Shown piece by piece: positions 9,282 to 18,850 of a stretch of DNA of 32,684 nucleotides; within the stretch, counting starts at the first letter, position 1; every line of letters begins with the position of its first letter. The position numbers and the translations under genes were made by a program. Under the pieces are notes generated by a model. It was given only the letters and a program-made list of their open reading frames with translations, did not search any database and was not told the origin of the DNA. The DNA comes from a virus (Duplodnaviria; Caudoviricetes): positions 1 to 32,684 of IMG/VR virus record IMGVR_UViG_3300049859_000106. One strand, 5' to 3'.

Positions 9282-9724
9282 ACGCGCTCACGATCGCCGA
9301 CGCCCTCGCGGCCAAGTTCCCGACGGGGGCGCTCGCGCCGCCCTCGGGCTACCCCGCGATCCGCGTCTCGACCGCGCGCCTTCCGAACGCCATCCCGACC
9401 TCGCCGTGGGTCCTCGTCACCCTGCCGAGCGGAACAGTGACGCTCGGGTCGCAGCAGCTCGACCACGCGATGGAGTTCCACGTCCAGTTCCACTACGCCA
9501 AGCACTCAGGCGACACGGCCCGCGACATGGCAGCGATGCTCTCGTGGATCGGGGTCCTGTTGACCGCCACCTACGCGGACATGGATCTTGGAGTGACGGG
9601 CATCCGTAAGGCGTATCCGACGAACTACGCCCTGGTCGTCTTCACCTACGGCGAGGTCGAGTTCTACGGCTGGGACATCACGTGGGTCGCGGACTTCCAC
9701 GAGTCGCAGGTGATGGTCACATGA
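9278..9724 (+). CDS. Putative tail terminator/completion protein
   Basis: Size, position, N-terminal helix followed by alternating beta strands; ATGA coupling. Confidence 0.55.
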   Translation: MNALTIADALAAKFPTGALAPPSGYPAIRVSTARLPNAIPTSPWVLVTLPSGTVTLGSQQLDHAMEFHVQFHYAKHSGDTARDMAAMLSWIGVLLTATYADMDLGVTGIRKAYPTNYALVVFTYGEVEFYGWDITWVADFHESQVMVT

Positions 9725-10107
9725 GCGTCGCCGTCGACGTGCGCGGCATTCCCGAAGTGCAGGCAGCGCTCGGGAAGATGCACGGCCCGGCCATGACGAA
9801 GACGCTGCAAGCCGCGACGAAAGAAGGCGGCAAGGTCCTGAAGAAGACGGTGAAGGCCGAGGCACCGCGCCGCACCGGGAAGCTCCGGCGGTCCGTGTCA
9901 GCCCGCACGGTCCGGCGCAACCGGCCGGGCACCGTCATCGCCCCGCGCCCCAAGGTCGCGTTCTATCGCCACTTCGTGATCGGTGGCACGGGCCAGCCCG
10001 GCCCGACGAAGCCCAACCCATTCGTCTCCCGCGGCTTCGACCGCGGCCAGGCGGCCGCGATGGCCGCGCTAGAGAAGGTGGTCGACGACTACCTGGACAG
10101 CCTGTAG
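9721..10107 (+). CDS. HK97 gp10-like tail component
   Basis: VRGIPEV, KAEAPRRTGKLRRSV, YRHFVIGGT, PNPFVSRGF. Confidence 0.85.
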   Translation: MSVAVDVRGIPEVQAALGKMHGPAMTKTLQAATKEGGKVLKKTVKAEAPRRTGKLRRSVSARTVRRNRPGTVIAPRPKVAFYRHFVIGGTGQPGPTKPNPFVSRGFDRGQAAAMAALEKVVDDYLDSL

Positions 10108-10116
10108 GAGGCCACC

Positions 10117-11478
10117 GTGAGCGAAGCCGTCTTCAACATCGTCCAGCTGGCCCAACAGGCCGACACCACGACCGCCATCGCCGCCAAGACCCTGTTCCCG
10201 GTGGACGCCGGGGCCGTGATCGACGAGGACCGCTCGCCCACGTCGCCCGACGAGGACTACGGCGAGAACGCCATCGGCCAGCCCGGGCGCGGCACCTACG
10301 GGCTGCGCGGCGCGAGCATGGCGCTGAGCGGCGAGGTCCGGGCCGAGGACTTCATGGAGCTGCTCTCGATGCACGCCCAGGGCGGCGTCACCGCGACGGG
10401 CGGGGCGACGGCCTATTCGTGGGCGTACCTGTGGGACCTGACCAGCGACAGCGTGAAGCGCTACACGATCGAGGGCGGCGCGGTCGACACCCCGAACGAC
10501 CAGTGGCGGGCGGTCGGCTGCATCGCCAACTCGCTGGAGATCGGCTTCGACGCCCTGGCTGCGCCCGGCAATGCGCCGTGGCGGTTCACCGCCGCGGTGG
10601 ACGCGCTGTACCGCGAGCGGTCCGACCTGACGCCGGGCCTGTCTCCCTACTCGCCGCTGGAGACGCTCGAAGGGCACATGACGCAGCTGTTCGAGGGCCC
10701 GACCTCGACGGCATACGACTCGCTCAACGAGGCGACCTCCACCCTGAAGTCGTTCAAGCTCAACAGCGAGCTCAACCGCGTGCGCCGCGCCTACGGCGGC
10801 TCGGTGGACTACGCCTCGGGCTGGGGCTACTCGGGTCGCAAGGCGCTCAACTTCGCGGCCGAGGTCGCGATCAACGCCACCACGCACGGCGACGTGTCGG
10901 ACGTGTTCGAGGCGGCCGGCAGCACGATGGTCGAGCGCCGCTGGCGCATCCGGGCCCGCGGCTCGCGGCTCACCACGCAGAACGAAGTCCAGACGGTCAC
11001 CGTCAACGGCGGCCCGACGGGCGGCACGTTCACGCTCTCGTTCGAAGGCGCGACGACCGGAGCGCTCGCGTACAACGTCGCGGCGGCCGACGTGCAGACG
11101 GCGCTCCGCGCGCTGTCCACGATCAACGGGGCCAACGTGACGGTCACGGGCTCGGCCGGTGGGCCGTTCACCGTGACGTTCATCGGCACCAAGGTGGCCG
11201 CAGCGCAGCTGCTGATGACCACTTCCTACGCCGCGCTCACCGGCGGCACGAACCCGACCGTCACCGTCGTGCGCGCCACGCCGGGCGGCCAGCTCAAGTC
11301 GCTCACGCTCGACTACCGGTGCCGCTTCCACGTCGTCAACGTCGGCAACATCGAGGGCGAGCGGGTCTTCGCGGTCGAGGGGATCGCGGTCAAGGATCCG
11401 GCGGCCAACAGCGGGACCACCAGCGACATGCGGGCCACGCTCCTCAACGGGATCGCGACCCAGCTCACGCTCGTCTGA
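10117..11478 (+). CDS. Major tail (tube) protein with an internal inserted domain
   Basis: AGGAGG RBS; position before chaperone and tape measure; beta-rich; inserted NEVQTVTV...GGTFTLSF...VQTALRAL module. Confidence 0.75.
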   Translation: MSEAVFNIVQLAQQADTTTAIAAKTLFPVDAGAVIDEDRSPTSPDEDYGENAIGQPGRGTYGLRGASMALSGEVRAEDFMELLSMHAQGGVTATGGATAYSWAYLWDLTSDSVKRYTIEGGAVDTPNDQWRAVGCIANSLEIGFDALAAPGNAPWRFTAAVDALYRERSDLTPGLSPYSPLETLEGHMTQLFEGPTSTAYDSLNEATSTLKSFKLNSELNRVRRAYGGSVDYASGWGYSGRKALNFAAEVAINATTHGDVSDVFEAAGSTMVERRWRIRARGSRLTTQNEVQTVTVNGGPTGGTFTLSFEGATTGALAYNVAAADVQTALRALSTINGANVTVTGSAGGPFTVTFIGTKVAAAQLLMTTSYAALTGGTNPTVTVVRATPGGQLKSLTLDYRCRFHVVNVGNIEGERVFAVEGIAVKDPAANSGTTSDMRATLLNGIATQLTLV

Positions 11479-11918
11479 TGATCGCCGAGCCGGTGCCGAT
11501 CGTCCCGCTGGACGACGGCAACTTCACGAGCGACGCTACAGCGACCGTTGTCCTCGGCGAGTGCCGGTGCCCGGGCCGGCCGCACGAGCAGGACACGGCC
11601 GAGGTGCTGCTCGAGCTGCCCTGGGAGACGCTGGTCGACGTGGGCCTGCTCTCCGGGGCGGCCGCCTACCGGCGGCTCATCGCGGGCGCGCTGGTGGCGT
11701 GGAACCTGGCGGACGCGGACGGCGAGCCGGTCCCGGTGACGGAGGTGTCGCGCCTCCGTGCCGACCGGCTCGACCCGATCGCCGACGCGGTGAACGCGGC
11801 CTACCAGCGGGCCAAGGCGCCACTCCCAAACGCGTCTGGCGCTCCATCTCGTCGCTCGCGACGGGAGAGCGCCTCTGCGAACCCGACGATCCGGCCGCGC
11901 GCGAAGCATACGAGGTAG
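11478..11918 (+). CDS. Tail assembly chaperone (gpG-like)
   Basis: Between tail tube and tape measure; LVAWNLADADGEPVPVT motif; TGATG coupling. Confidence 0.8.
   Translation: MIAEPVPIVPLDDGNFTSDATATVVLGECRCPGRPHEQDTAEVLLELPWETLVDVGLLSGAAAYRRLIAGALVAWNLADADGEPVPVTEVSRLRADRLDPIADAVNAAYQRAKAPLPNASGAPSRRSRRESASANPTIRPRAKHTR
11825..11873 (+). promoter_or_regulatory. Programmed -1 ribosomal frameshift signal (slippery C CCA AAC plus stem-loop)
   Basis: In-frame X XXY YYZ heptamer at 11825-11831, 6-nt spacer, hairpin 11838-11873; -1 frame open to 12178. Confidence 0.8.
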
Positions 11919-12178
11919 AGCTCATGCGGATCACGGGCTGGACGGTGCCCGAGTTGCGGGCCGCCCCGGCCCGCGTGGTCCGCGCGCACTTCCAGCGCAT
12001 TTTCGTCGGGCTCGCCTGGAACCCGGCACTGGCCGAGGCTGCCGCGGGGCCGCCTCCCCCTCGCGGCAACTTCGGCAGCATCTCCGACTACGCCGACGCG
12101 CGGCGGGCCAAGGCTCGGGCGGTGGAGGCGCAACAGGTGATCGAACGGGCGCTCTGGCCGGAGGGTGACGATGGCTAG
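11825..12178 (+). CDS. -1 frame extension of the tail chaperone (gpT-like part of a gpGT fusion of about 233 aa)
   Basis: Open -1 frame with protein-like sequence (LMRITGWTVPELRAAP) filling the gap to the tape measure gene. Confidence 0.75.
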   Translation, partial: PKRVWRSISSLATGERLCEPDDPAAREAYEVELMRITGWTVPELRAAPARVVRAHFQRIFVGLAWNPALAEAAAGPPPPRGNFGSISDYADARRAKARAVEAQQVIERALWPEGDDG

Positions 12179-13733
12179 CAAGGAACTCAGCATCCTCCTG
12201 CTCGCGAAGGACATGGCCTCCAAGACGATCGGGAAGGTCAGCAAGGAGATCACCGGGCTCGACAAGGCGGGCCGCACCGCGAGCCGGGGGCTGGCGAACC
12301 TCGGGGCCAACCTCGCGAAGATCGGGGCCGTAGCCGCGGTCGGCCTCGGCGTCGCGGTCAAGGCGGGCTTGTCGAGCCTCGCCGAGCTGGAGTCGGCTGT
12401 CGCATCCGTGCAGGGCGCCATCGTCCAGATGGGCCTCGCCGGCAAGGTCACCGGGGCCCAGGTTGCGACGTGGGCCAACGAGATCGAGGCCGCGACGGGC
12501 GCGGCCTTCGATGACAAAGCGATCACCCAGGCGACCTCGACGCTCATCCGCTTCGGCAAGGTCACCGAGTCGAACATCCGTCCGGCGATGGAGGTCATCA
12601 CCGACCTCGCCACGAAGACGGGCGACGTGGAGAGCGCGGCCACGCTGCTCGCCAAGGCGCTCGCCGACCCGACGAAGGCCGCCGGGAAGCTCGCCCGTTC
12701 GGGGGTCATTCTCACGAAGTCGCAGCAGGACCAGATCAAGGCGTTCACCGAGGCGGGCAACGCCGCGGCGGCGCAGAAGGTCATCCTCGACTCGCTGGCC
12801 GAGACGACGAAGGGCGCCGCCCTCGCCTCGCAGGGGCCGTACAAGCGGGCAATGAGCACTCTCGCGGACGTGACCGAGGACGCCCAGCGGGCGCTCGCGG
12901 AGGGCTTCCTGCCGGTGCTCGAGAAGGTCGCCGGGAAGCTCTCGACCGCGCTGGCGAACCCGAAGGTCATGGCGAACATCCGCGAGTTCGGCAAGGGGCT
13001 CGCGTCCGGGCTGGACTCGCTCATCTCGATCGCGGAGAAGCTGCCATGGGGCGCCATCGGCGACTCCCTGAAGGTCGCCGGGGCGGGTGCCAAGGCCGTG
13101 CTCGGGGCGTTCGTCGCCCTGCCGCCGTGGGTTCAGACGGCCGTCCTGACGGGCTGGGGTTTGAACCGCTTGACGGGCGGGGCGCTTGGCTCGCTGGTCT
13201 CCCAGCTCGCGGGCGGGCTGATCAAGGGCGTGCTCGGCATCCAGGCTGGCGTGGTCAACGTCACGGGCGGCGTGGTGAATGCTCCGGGCGGTCTACCGGG
13301 CAAGGGCGGCACGCCGGGCATCCCGCCCGCGGCGGGTGGCCTGGGCCTCGGGGCGCTGGCCGGCCCGGCTGCACTGATCGCGGGCATCGCCGCTCCGATC
13401 ATCGGGTCGCTCTGGCTCCAGGAGGAAGGGCGCAACCGCAGGGCGCGGGGTGAGGCCGGCGAGTCGAGCGCAACCCTCGCTCGCAACCCGGCGACGGCCG
13501 GCGCGACGGCAGCGTGGGCGGCGGTGGCCGAAGGCGCCCGGTCCGGCTGGGGATCGCGGCCGACCGTCGAGGCGATCAACCGCATGAACGGGACGCTCGC
13601 CTCAAAGAACTGGAAGCCGGTCGTCAACGTCCACACGGGCTTCACGGTGAGCATTCGCAACATCGGCATCGCGTCGACCAAGCGCGTCGAGTACACGAAG
13701 GCGACCGGCAGGGGCGGAGCGACGATCCTGTGA
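12171..13733 (+). CDS. Tape measure protein (520 aa)
   Basis: LSILLLAKDMASKTI N-terminus, Ala/Gly-rich helical composition, LAKALADP motif; GGAGG RBS; alternative GTG start at 12165. Confidence 0.9.
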   Translation: MASKELSILLLAKDMASKTIGKVSKEITGLDKAGRTASRGLANLGANLAKIGAVAAVGLGVAVKAGLSSLAELESAVASVQGAIVQMGLAGKVTGAQVATWANEIEAATGAAFDDKAITQATSTLIRFGKVTESNIRPAMEVITDLATKTGDVESAATLLAKALADPTKAAGKLARSGVILTKSQQDQIKAFTEAGNAAAAQKVILDSLAETTKGAALASQGPYKRAMSTLADVTEDAQRALAEGFLPVLEKVAGKLSTALANPKVMANIREFGKGLASGLDSLISIAEKLPWGAIGDSLKVAGAGAKAVLGAFVALPPWVQTAVLTGWGLNRLTGGALGSLVSQLAGGLIKGVLGIQAGVVNVTGGVVNAPGGLPGKGGTPGIPPAAGGLGLGALAGPAALIAGIAAPIIGSLWLQEEGRNRRARGEAGESSATLARNPATAGATAAWAAVAEGARSGWGSRPTVEAINRMNGTLASKNWKPVVNVHTGFTVSIRNIGIASTKRVEYTKATGRGGATIL

Positions 13734-16700
13734 CCCTCTCGTACACCTACGATGGCGGCGCGGTCACGCACGTCGCCGCTCCCAGCGCGCTGGAGATCAC
13801 GCACCGCGCCGACGGCGAGGCGTCCTTCGGGGGCGTCCCGTTCGAGGATCCGACAGGCACGCTGGCGATCGTCGGTCACAAGCTGTTCACCGTCGAGGAC
13901 GACGAGTGCGCGCAGCCGCGGCTGTTCACGGGCTTCACGACGGAGCGCGGGATCGGGCGCGACGAGGACCGCGGCATGTTCGTGGGCGGCTTGCCGCGGC
14001 TCGTCGACGTGACGCTCGTGGACATGAACGCCGCGCTCGGCTTCCGGCAGATCACCGGGAGCGACGGCAACCGGCCGGCCGAGACGTGGGCTGCCCGCCT
14101 GACGTGGATCCTAGGGTCCGCGTACCTGTCGGAGTTCATCAGCTCCGACGAGACGTGGATCGTCACGAACACGACCTCGATCGAGGCGGCCGACTACCGC
14201 AGCGCCTACGCGAAGGCCGTGCTCGACGACCTGGTGGATCGGAGCGGCGGCGCCTACGTCTACTTCGCGTTCTGGGACGCCGCGGCTAGCGAGGTGCGGC
14301 TCTTCTTCGACAACGATGTGGAGGACATCGGCGACTGCACGCTGGCGATCTCGAACGTCGTGGCGGACATTGACAGTTCCGTGACATTCGCCCCGGACCT
14401 CGTTGCGAAGCTCGCCCGTGAGCCGGACCAGCAGTACAGCGACGTGACGCTCACCTATGACCGGGGCGCCAAGAAGCTCCACCGCTACCGGCCGTCGACG
14501 GCCACGGCCGGCGTCCGCCGGGGCGACGAGATCAGCCGCCCCTACACCCGCGGCCTCGCCACCGCCACCGCCCAGGCCGAGAAATGGCTCGACAAGCACG
14601 CCGTCGAGACGGACCGCATCACCTGCACCATCCAGGTGCCGGCCGCATCAGTCGGGCTCATCCAGGCGGGCCAGTCCATCCAGGCGCGCTTCAGCCATCT
14701 GGGCTTGCCCTACTCGGCCGCCGGCGGGGCGACCATGCGGATCGTCTCGTGCAGCCCGAAGCCGACCGACGACACGGGCTACTGGTACGACGTGGCGCTC
14801 GAGCTGGTCTACTGGCCCGGCCCGTCGGTCACCGTCCCGAGTTTCCTGATCGCCGTGCAGACCAGCGGATACGCGCAGACGGATCTCTCGACTCACGGCT
14901 GGACGCAGATCTGGCGCAATGACGACATCGGAGCGACATCGGTCATCGCCTGCGGCGCCGGCCCCCCCAACGACCAAGAGAACTCGATGTGGTATCGCGC
15001 CGTCGTGCCGGGTGAGTCTGCGACGGTCGCCTACTTCGCACTCAGCCAGCTCGATCGGGGCGGGACGTGGGTCTGGGAAGTGGCGGGCGTGGACATCGAC
15101 GCCATCACGTCAGTCAACGACAAGATCTTCCAGGCAGACGGTTCGACGACCGCGGTCACCGATACCGTCTCCACTGACTCGGTGCTCTTCGGCGTCATCT
15201 CGTGGTGCAAGGTCAACTACGACAACGGCTGGGGGGATGGTTGGCCCGACGCGATGGTGATCGATGGCGCCGGTACGAACCTCGTCAACGCGTGTGCTAT
15301 CAACGACAACACCGGAATTGGTTGCCCCTGGTCATGGATCGGCTATACGCAGGGCACGGGAGCGCTCACGATCAGCGCGACGGCAGACGCAAACGGCTAC
15401 GGCGCGGGTGCCTATAACTGCGGCTGGAATGTCGGACGCGGGGCGCTGATCCTGCCGATCCTGTCGGGGGCAACATTCAGCATCGTCCAGTCCGCATTCG
15501 GCGGTTCCGGCGTTATGGGCGAGCCGTACTACGTCGTTCTTCCGGATCCTCCGACGGGCAGCGCGATCACGGTGCCCGGTGGCGGCTCGGATGTCACGAT
15601 CGACCTCGGCCCGACACCGGGCGCTACCACGACGCACACGACCGACCCGACCGTGGACGACGATGCCGACGCGGGCTACACCGTCGGCTCGATCTGGGTG
15701 AACACGGCGACGGGCGACTCGTTCATCCTGACCGACGGCACCGACGGAGCGGCCGTCTGGGAAGAGATCACCGGGGCCGGCGTCACCGACCACGGCGCGC
15801 TCACCGGCCTCGCCGACGATGATCACACGCAGTACGTCCTGAAGCGCTACGGCGGCAAGGAAGTCGTGAGCACCGTCGCCGCGGCCGGTGCGACCGAGAC
15901 CCTCGACCTGGCGGACGGGAACATCCACGACGTGACGCTCACGGCCGACTGCACGTTCACCTTCGCGGGCGCCACCAACGGCGTGGCCTGTTCATTCACC
16001 CTGCTGCTCCGGCAGGACGGCACGGGCGGCTGGACGACGACATGGCCCGGCTCCGTCGTCTGGGCGGGAGGCACCGCGCCGACGCTCGACGAGACGGCTT
16101 CGACGGTCGCGGTGCTCACCTTCTTCACGATCGACGGCGGCACCGTCTGGTACGGCTTCCCCACCGGGGGCGGGGTCGTGGGCGGCACCCCGGCGCTGAC
16201 CTTCGGGACCACGAACGTCGAGGGCACGGCCGCAACCGCCATCCTCACCGATGCCACGCTCGCCATCTTCGACGCGACGGCGCCGACGACAGCCGCCTCG
16301 AGCGATGCTGCCGCAGTCGGCTCGGCCGCGGTCGCGGCCCGGCGGGACCACCGCCACGGGATGCCCGCGCTGGTGGGCGAGCTCCTGGTGGCCGATGCGC
16401 CGCTCGACTACCCGCTCGGCACATTTATGACGACGGCCTCGCAGACCGTCGGATCGACCACGACGGCCTACGCCGTGGCGTTCGCTGCCGAAGGCGACGT
16501 GGACGGCCTGACGCACTCGACCGTCACGGACAACAGCAAGATCTACGTCCAGCAGTCGGGCGAGTACTTCATCGTCGCGAGTTGCATCGGCGACCTGACC
16601 GGCGGGGCGAACTACCACCTCGAGGTATGGCTCGCGGTCGACGGGACGAACGTCGCCGACTCGAACACGATCATCCAGATCCCCAACGCGTCGACCGAGA

Positions 16701-16945
16701 CGGTGCTCTCCGTGGCCTACGCGATCGACCTCGCCGCCGGGCAGTACGTCGAGCTGATGTACCGGGGTGACAACACGGCCGTCCGCATGGTGCAGACCGC
16801 CGCCGCGTCGACGCCGACCCGCCCCGCGAGCCCCGCCGTGATCCTGACGATGAACCTGGAGGCTCCGGCCGTCGGCTTCGTCTCCAAGGGGATCTCCCTC
16901 CTGATGAACGACGCCGGGGACGACCTGTTGTATGCCGATGCGTAG
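13730..16945 (+). CDS. Large multidomain tail tip/hub and fibre protein (1071 aa)
   Basis: GTGA overlap with tape measure; tail-fibre modules DPTVDDD...GYTVGSIWVNT, DHGALTGLADDDHTQY, LLRQDGTGG...WPGSVVWAGG, ARRDHRH. Confidence 0.8.
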   Translation: MTLSYTYDGGAVTHVAAPSALEITHRADGEASFGGVPFEDPTGTLAIVGHKLFTVEDDECAQPRLFTGFTTERGIGRDEDRGMFVGGLPRLVDVTLVDMNAALGFRQITGSDGNRPAETWAARLTWILGSAYLSEFISSDETWIVTNTTSIEAADYRSAYAKAVLDDLVDRSGGAYVYFAFWDAAASEVRLFFDNDVEDIGDCTLAISNVVADIDSSVTFAPDLVAKLAREPDQQYSDVTLTYDRGAKKLHRYRPSTATAGVRRGDEISRPYTRGLATATAQAEKWLDKHAVETDRITCTIQVPAASVGLIQAGQSIQARFSHLGLPYSAAGGATMRIVSCSPKPTDDTGYWYDVALELVYWPGPSVTVPSFLIAVQTSGYAQTDLSTHGWTQIWRNDDIGATSVIACGAGPPNDQENSMWYRAVVPGESATVAYFALSQLDRGGTWVWEVAGVDIDAITSVNDKIFQADGSTTAVTDTVSTDSVLFGVISWCKVNYDNGWGDGWPDAMVIDGAGTNLVNACAINDNTGIGCPWSWIGYTQGTGALTISATADANGYGAGAYNCGWNVGRGALILPILSGATFSIVQSAFGGSGVMGEPYYVVLPDPPTGSAITVPGGGSDVTIDLGPTPGATTTHTTDPTVDDDADAGYTVGSIWVNTATGDSFILTDGTDGAAVWEEITGAGVTDHGALTGLADDDHTQYVLKRYGGKEVVSTVAAAGATETLDLADGNIHDVTLTADCTFTFAGATNGVACSFTLLLRQDGTGGWTTTWPGSVVWAGGTAPTLDETASTVAVLTFFTIDGGTVWYGFPTGGGVVGGTPALTFGTTNVEGTAATAILTDATLAIFDATAPTTAASSDAAAVGSAAVAARRDHRHGMPALVGELLVADAPLDYPLGTFMTTASQTVGSTTTAYAVAFAAEGDVDGLTHSTVTDNSKIYVQQSGEYFIVASCIGDLTGGANYHLEVWLAVDGTNVADSNTIIQIPNASTETVLSVAYAIDLAAGQYVELMYRGDNTAVRMVQTAAASTPTRPASPAVILTMNLEAPAVGFVSKGISLLMNDAGDDLLYADA

Positions 16946-16954
16946 GAGCCTGCC

Positions 16955-17740
16955 ATGACGAAGATCAGCGAAGCCCAGACCTACGGGCTGACCATCCGCG
17001 AGTCGGCGACGGACGGGAGCGACTTCGCCAACGCCCCGACCGACTACCGGCGGCTGTTTCTCGGCGAGGACGGCGCGCTGCACCTGAAGGACTCGGCCGG
17101 TACGGTGACGGATGTCGGCACAGCCGGTAGTTCGATGGCAACTGACGCGCTGTGGGACGCCGCAGGAGACCTTGCCGTAGGAACCGGGGCGAATACGGGC
17201 GGGCGGCTGGCAGCCGGGGCGGCTGGTGGCGTCCTTGCGATGGGCAACTCGGCCGTCATCTGGAACGCGGGCACATCGTTTCCGGCGTCCAAGGCGACGA
17301 ACGACCGCTACTGGCGCACCGACCTCGGGATGGAGTTCTACTGGGACGGCACGCGATGGGTGTCATCGACGCTCTACCGCGGCACGGTGATCGGTGTACC
17401 CAACCCTGTGACCGGGGCGTCCGCCGCGCAGGGGGGCTTCAACACTCCAGAGGACATCTACGTCTATACGCTCTACGGCTTGACCTACGTCGCCACCACG
17501 AATGACGGGTCCAACTACTGGGGCGTCAAGCTCCAGAAGGACAGTTCGACGGATGTCGGTTCTGCCTTCAACACGAGCGCGGACAGCGCGAACACGGCAA
17601 CGGCGCACTCGGCTGCCCTGAACTCAGCCATCAGCGGTAACAAGAACCTCAACCTCTACTTTACGAAGACGGGCTCTCCCGGCGATCTCTATGCCGGATC
17701 GGGCGCGTTCTACTTCACCTATCGCCTGATCGGGACATAG
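16955..17740 (+). CDS. Putative tail fibre/receptor-binding protein
   Basis: AGGAG RBS; WDAAGDLAVGTGA and YWRTD...YWDGTRW tail-fibre motifs; beta-rich C-terminus. Confidence 0.65.
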   Translation: MTKISEAQTYGLTIRESATDGSDFANAPTDYRRLFLGEDGALHLKDSAGTVTDVGTAGSSMATDALWDAAGDLAVGTGANTGGRLAAGAAGGVLAMGNSAVIWNAGTSFPASKATNDRYWRTDLGMEFYWDGTRWVSSTLYRGTVIGVPNPVTGASAAQGGFNTPEDIYVYTLYGLTYVATTNDGSNYWGVKLQKDSSTDVGSAFNTSADSANTATAHSAALNSAISGNKNLNLYFTKTGSPGDLYAGSGAFYFTYRLIGT

Positions 17741-17743
17741 GGT

Positions 17744-18721
17744 GTGCTCGCGCGGCGACTTCTCATCGCGGCGACCGGACCTGGTTCCTTCGCGCCGCCA
17801 CCGTTGGAGGATGATCCCTTGATCTCGGTCAACGTGAAAAACTACGGGGCCGTTGGGAATGGGTCAACCGACGACACAGCGTCCATCCAAGCGGCGATCG
17901 ACGCGTGTCCGCAGGGCGGGACGGTGGGAATGCCATTCGGCACCTACCGGATCACGTCCTCGCTGGTGATCGACGACGCAATCAGCCTCGTCGGGGCGGG
18001 AGTCACCGAACTTTACGGGACGATGGGAACTGTCTTCAACGCGATGAACGTCCCGATGATCAGCCCCTATCTGGCCGGCACGATCCTCCTGGTCGACGCG
18101 GCCTCCACCGATGCGATCCAGATCAACGTGACGGGCCTGTCGGTCAACCTCCGCGACTTCGGTATCCGCTTTGCATCGCCATTCGCCTCGACTGGTCATG
18201 GTGTCAAGGTGACGCCCCCAGTGCTCAACGCCGCCTTCAACTCTGGGCTCTTCGGGGCCGTGTGGGAGAACATCAGCGTCTATGGACACGACGGCAGTCA
18301 CTATGCCTTCCACCAGCTCAACCCGCTCTACTGCGAGTTCACGCATCTCCACGGCTTCGGCGGCGGCCTGTTCTACGTCGAGAACAACGCTGACCAGGAT
18401 GCCCGCTACGGCAACTTCACGGCCATCGGGCTGTACGGCCAGGTGATCGACGCGGGCTCGTCGCACGGCATCTACCTCAAGGGGACGACCGTCGCCCTGA
18501 ACCTGATGACCTTTGTGCGACCCCAGATCACCGTGGAAGCGATGACCGCGGACGTGGCAGGGACGACCGCCCCGACCAATGCACAATACCGCTTCTACGC
18601 GGACACCACGAGTGTGCAGTACCTGACGATCGTTGCCCCAGACTTGGAGACGGACGCCACCGGCTCAGGTGACCAGTTCTGCACGGGCGCGAGCATCATC
18701 GGATACGACTACAGCCCGTAA
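17744..18721 (+). CDS. Pectate-lyase-like beta-helix protein (tailspike/depolymerase candidate)
   Basis: VNVKNYGAVGNGSTDDTASIQAAID...PFGTYRITSSL...ISLVGAG signature. Confidence 0.8.
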   Translation: MLARRLLIAATGPGSFAPPPLEDDPLISVNVKNYGAVGNGSTDDTASIQAAIDACPQGGTVGMPFGTYRITSSLVIDDAISLVGAGVTELYGTMGTVFNAMNVPMISPYLAGTILLVDAASTDAIQINVTGLSVNLRDFGIRFASPFASTGHGVKVTPPVLNAAFNSGLFGAVWENISVYGHDGSHYAFHQLNPLYCEFTHLHGFGGGLFYVENNADQDARYGNFTAIGLYGQVIDAGSSHGIYLKGTTVALNLMTFVRPQITVEAMTADVAGTTAPTNAQYRFYADTTSVQYLTIVAPDLETDATGSGDQFCTGASIIGYDYSP

Positions 18722-18762
18722 GCGACAGTCAACCTGTCACAGCCCCGCGTCACCCTGCGCGC

Positions 18763-18819
18763 ATGACCGACGACGAGCGCGAGGCCCTCATCGCCGCGGT
18801 GGCCCATATTGCCTATTGA
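18763..18819 (+). pseudogene. 18-aa ORF MTDDEREALIAAVAHIAY, possible truncated gene remnant
   Basis: Coding-like GC3 codons; stop codon lies inside the TTGACA -35 box. Confidence 0.3.
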
Positions 18820-18844
18820 CAGGCGTACTAGCAGCGCGTAGCGT
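18816..18844 (+). promoter_or_regulatory. Housekeeping-sigma promoter, probably giving a leaderless transcript
   Basis: TTGACA (18816-18821), 17-nt spacer, TAGCGT (18839-18844), ATG 6 nt later at 18851 with no SD sequence. Confidence 0.8.
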
Positions 18845-18850
18845 GGCGCT

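Noticed and set aside
13730-18721. Diversity-generating retroelement or invertible tail-fibre switch
   Set aside because: No reverse transcriptase or invertase, and I saw no TR/VR pair or inverted cassette
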